Shown piece by piece: positions 29,926 to 32,000 of a stretch of DNA of 32,000 nt. The notes under the pieces were generated by a model that was not told where the DNA came from, searched no databases, and was given only the letters and a program-made list of their open reading frames with translations. Source of the stretch: Candidatus Fokinia solitaria (GTDB taxonomy: Bacteria; Pseudomonadota; Alphaproteobacteria; Rickettsiales; Midichloriaceae). A program made the position numbers and the translations under genes. Every line of letters starts with the position of its first letter. The first letter of the stretch is position 1. Where the stretch lies: the NCBI RefSeq assembly GCF_003072485.1, contig NZ_CP025989.1:270001-302000 (forward strand), read 5' to 3'.

Positions 29926-31224
29926 ATGTATAATATAGAATATGTTAAAAATTCTCCTGTAGAATTTGATAATGCAATGCGAAAGAGGAAGATGCCACCT
30001 CTTGCTGCAGAGATAATACGTATGTTCGATGAGTGGAAAAGAAAGAAAAACACTTTGCAAGATCTTAATACACAAAAGAATGAAATAGCCTCTCAGATTG
30101 CCATTATTAAGAGAACTAGTGCAGATTATAAGAAAGAGGAAATGCTTACAAAAAGTGCTGAAAGTATTAGAGCTTTGATAGTAGAAGCTTCGGCAGCAGT
30201 AACGGAAGAAGAGAGTAAATTTAAGGCGTTTCTTTCAAAGATTCCTAACATATTAGATAGTAGAGTGCCGGAGGGAAACGGAGAGGATGATAATGTTGTG
30301 ATTAGGGAAGTAGGAGAGAAAAGGCATTTTTCTTTTAAGCCTATTCAGCATTTTGAGATAGGTGAAAATCTACATAGTATGAATTTTGAAAAAGCTGCAG
30401 AGATTTCAGGCTCTAGATTTGTTCATCTTTATGGTGATTTAGCTGTTCTTGAGAGAGCATTGGCTAATTTTATGTTAGATCATCATAGAAAAAATAGCTT
30501 TTTAGAAATATCAGTACCAGTGCTTGTGAAAGAAGAGGCTATGTTTAATGCGGGCCAGCTGCCGAAATTTGATAATGAGTCTTTTAAATGTGATTCTTCG
30601 TATAGGCTGATACCTACAGCTGAAGTACCGTTGGTAAATTTACTATCGAATTGCAATGTAGATATAACATCTTTGCCGAAACGCTTTATGAGTCATACTC
30701 AATGCTTTCGTTCAGAAGCAGGCAGTGCAGGAAAAGATACTAGAGGTATGATTAGAGTGCATCAGTTTTCGAAGGTAGAATTAGTTACCGTAACTACTGA
30801 AGATACGAGTGAATTTGAACATCAATATATGCTTAATAGCATAGAGACGTTGATGCAATCTTTAGGCTTTCACTATAGAGTAGTTTTGTTATGTAGTGGC
30901 GATATAGGCTTCACTTCAGCGCTGACATACGATATAGAAGTATGGCTTCCAGGGCAGCAAAAGTATAGAGAGATATCAAGCTGTTCTAATTGCATGGATT
31001 TTCAAGCAAGAAGGATGCTTGGAAGATACTTCGTCAAAGACAATAATCAGAAGAAAGTTTACACATTCTTGCATACTTTAAATGGTTCTGGTGTAGCTGT
31101 AGGGAGGGCTTTGGTAGCTGTACTTGAGAATTATCAAAATGAAGATGGCACAGTAGATGTACCGGAAGTGCTTATACCTTATTGCAATGGACTGAAAAAG
31201 ATTGTTCCAAATAAAATTTTCTAA
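29926..31224 (+). CDS. serS: Seryl-tRNA synthetase
   Basis: N-terminal coiled-coil arm, LIPTAEVPLVNL, CFRSEAGSAGKDTRGMIRVHQFSKVELV (motif 2), NGSGVAVGRALVAVLENYQNEDGTVDVPEVLIPY (motif 3). Confidence 0.97.
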   Translation: MYNIEYVKNSPVEFDNAMRKRKMPPLAAEIIRMFDEWKRKKNTLQDLNTQKNEIASQIAIIKRTSADYKKEEMLTKSAESIRALIVEASAAVTEEESKFKAFLSKIPNILDSRVPEGNGEDDNVVIREVGEKRHFSFKPIQHFEIGENLHSMNFEKAAEISGSRFVHLYGDLAVLERALANFMLDHHRKNSFLEISVPVLVKEEAMFNAGQLPKFDNESFKCDSSYRLIPTAEVPLVNLLSNCNVDITSLPKRFMSHTQCFRSEAGSAGKDTRGMIRVHQFSKVELVTVTTEDTSEFEHQYMLNSIETLMQSLGFHYRVVLLCSGDIGFTSALTYDIEVWLPGQQKYREISSCSNCMDFQARRMLGRYFVKDNNQKKVYTFLHTLNGSGVAVGRALVAVLENYQNEDGTVDVPEVLIPYCNGLKKIVPNKIF

Positions 31225-31374
31225 AAAAATACTCCCGCATTAGAGATATATGGCATAAATTTTGCATATCGATGCGATGTTGCTGCAAAATGCGAGGATA
31301 TTGTAGTTGTATCTTGCTATTATGCGCGTGATAAATATTGCACTAAATTCATTATGAATTTCTAACTTCTTAGG

Positions 31375-31980
31375 ATGGATAATAGTTGTATAGACTATAG
31401 ATTACCGACTACATTAGTAACTAAAACGACTAAATGCGTCGAGTATATTAATGCTACACATCAGATGTTAAGAAGTGATATCAATGATACAACGTTTGTA
31501 CACTCCAGAATGCGATACATCATAACGCCATTTTTAATAAATCGCGAAAGTGTCGAGCAGTTGTTATCTTTCTTCCGAGTATGTAAAGGTAGTTTATATG
31601 CATTTCGATTTAAAGATATTTCTGACTATAAAGTAGAGAGAGAAGTAATGACATGCTCTGATGAGAAGAGAAAAGAATACTATGCTAAGAAACGGTATCA
31701 CGTCAATCGCACTTATTTTGAATTCAGACATATTAAAAAGATTGTACATGGTACGGTAGATGTGTTTATGAATCACGAGAAAGTAGATCCGAAAATGTAT
31801 GAAGTAAATCACGATAATGGAATGATCTACTTTTATGATTCAGTAATGGATAATGTATCGATTACTTGCTCGTTTGAATTTGATGTCTTAGTAAGATTTG
31901 CACAAGATTCTTTGCATATAGAGATGCATAATCCTACGAAATTTCATTGTGATAATATTGAATTAATTGAAGTAAAATGA
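31375..31980 (+). CDS. DUF2460-like phage / gene transfer agent distal tail protein (GTA gp12-like)
   Basis: 201-aa ORF. SRMRYIITPFLINRESVEQLLSFFRVCKGSLYAFRFKDISDYK resembles the DUF2460/TIGR02217 pattern (FFRARRGRLYGFRFKDW.DF). Confidence 0.8.
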   Translation: MDNSCIDYRLPTTLVTKTTKCVEYINATHQMLRSDINDTTFVHSRMRYIITPFLINRESVEQLLSFFRVCKGSLYAFRFKDISDYKVEREVMTCSDEKRKEYYAKKRYHVNRTYFEFRHIKKIVHGTVDVFMNHEKVDPKMYEVNHDNGMIYFYDSVMDNVSITCSFEFDVLVRFAQDSLHIEMHNPTKFHCDNIELIEVK

Positions 31981-32000
31981 AATATATTGCCAACTTAAAT
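31977..32000 (+). CDS. Start of the next ORF, translationally coupled to the DUF2460-like gene (possibly GTA gp13-like)
   Basis: ATGA overlap at 31977-31980; MKYIANLN reads off the window edge. Identity is only a positional guess. Confidence 0.4.

Noticed and set aside
31231-31371. Open frame TPALEIYGINFAYRCDVAAKCEDIVVVSCYYARDKYCTKFIMNF between serS and the DUF2460-like gene
   Set aside because: It has no start codon, is preceded immediately by an in-frame TAA at 31222, and is short. It might be a remnant but I cannot support it from sequence alone.

Overview
This is a gene-dense, AT-rich 32 kb chromosomal segment that looks like an obligate intracellular alphaproteobacterium. I infer Rickettsiales, possibly Midichloriaceae-like, from gene content. 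It is almost entirely housekeeping. Calls in order: fabF C-terminus, MFS transporter, pyrG, MBL-fold hydrolase, Tim44/TimA-like protein, PLP aminotransferase, coq7, PAP2 phosphatase, tRNA(CAT), gpsA, glmU, trpS, murC, rplJ, gyrA, an initiator tRNA, a queuosine-precursor-transporter-like gene, nuoM, archaeal-type valS, sodB, nuoK, a LolC/E permease, gyrB, mrp/apbC, tsaB, serS, and a GTA/phage distal-tail-like gene (DUF2460) at the right edge. I found no defence island, CRISPR array, transposon or obvious new multi-gene system. Features not in the supplied ORF track: (1) an intact 41-aa rpmJ (bL36) at 18109-18234 (-). (2) A roughly 101-aa gene at 8948-9252 (-) split across a 9-A run, readable as one protein after a -1 frameshift or one-A transcript slippage. 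(3) An approximately 500-bp island of mixed direct repeats at 17.43-17.90 kb inside a long non-coding gap. (4) An initiator tRNA with an AGG/CCU anticodon stem. (5) A start codon at 31977 overlapping the DUF2460 stop. Secondary points are motif divergences (Mrp without CxxC, MurC, GlmU, PAP2, TrpRS) and unusual dispersal of rplJ, nuoK and nuoM.
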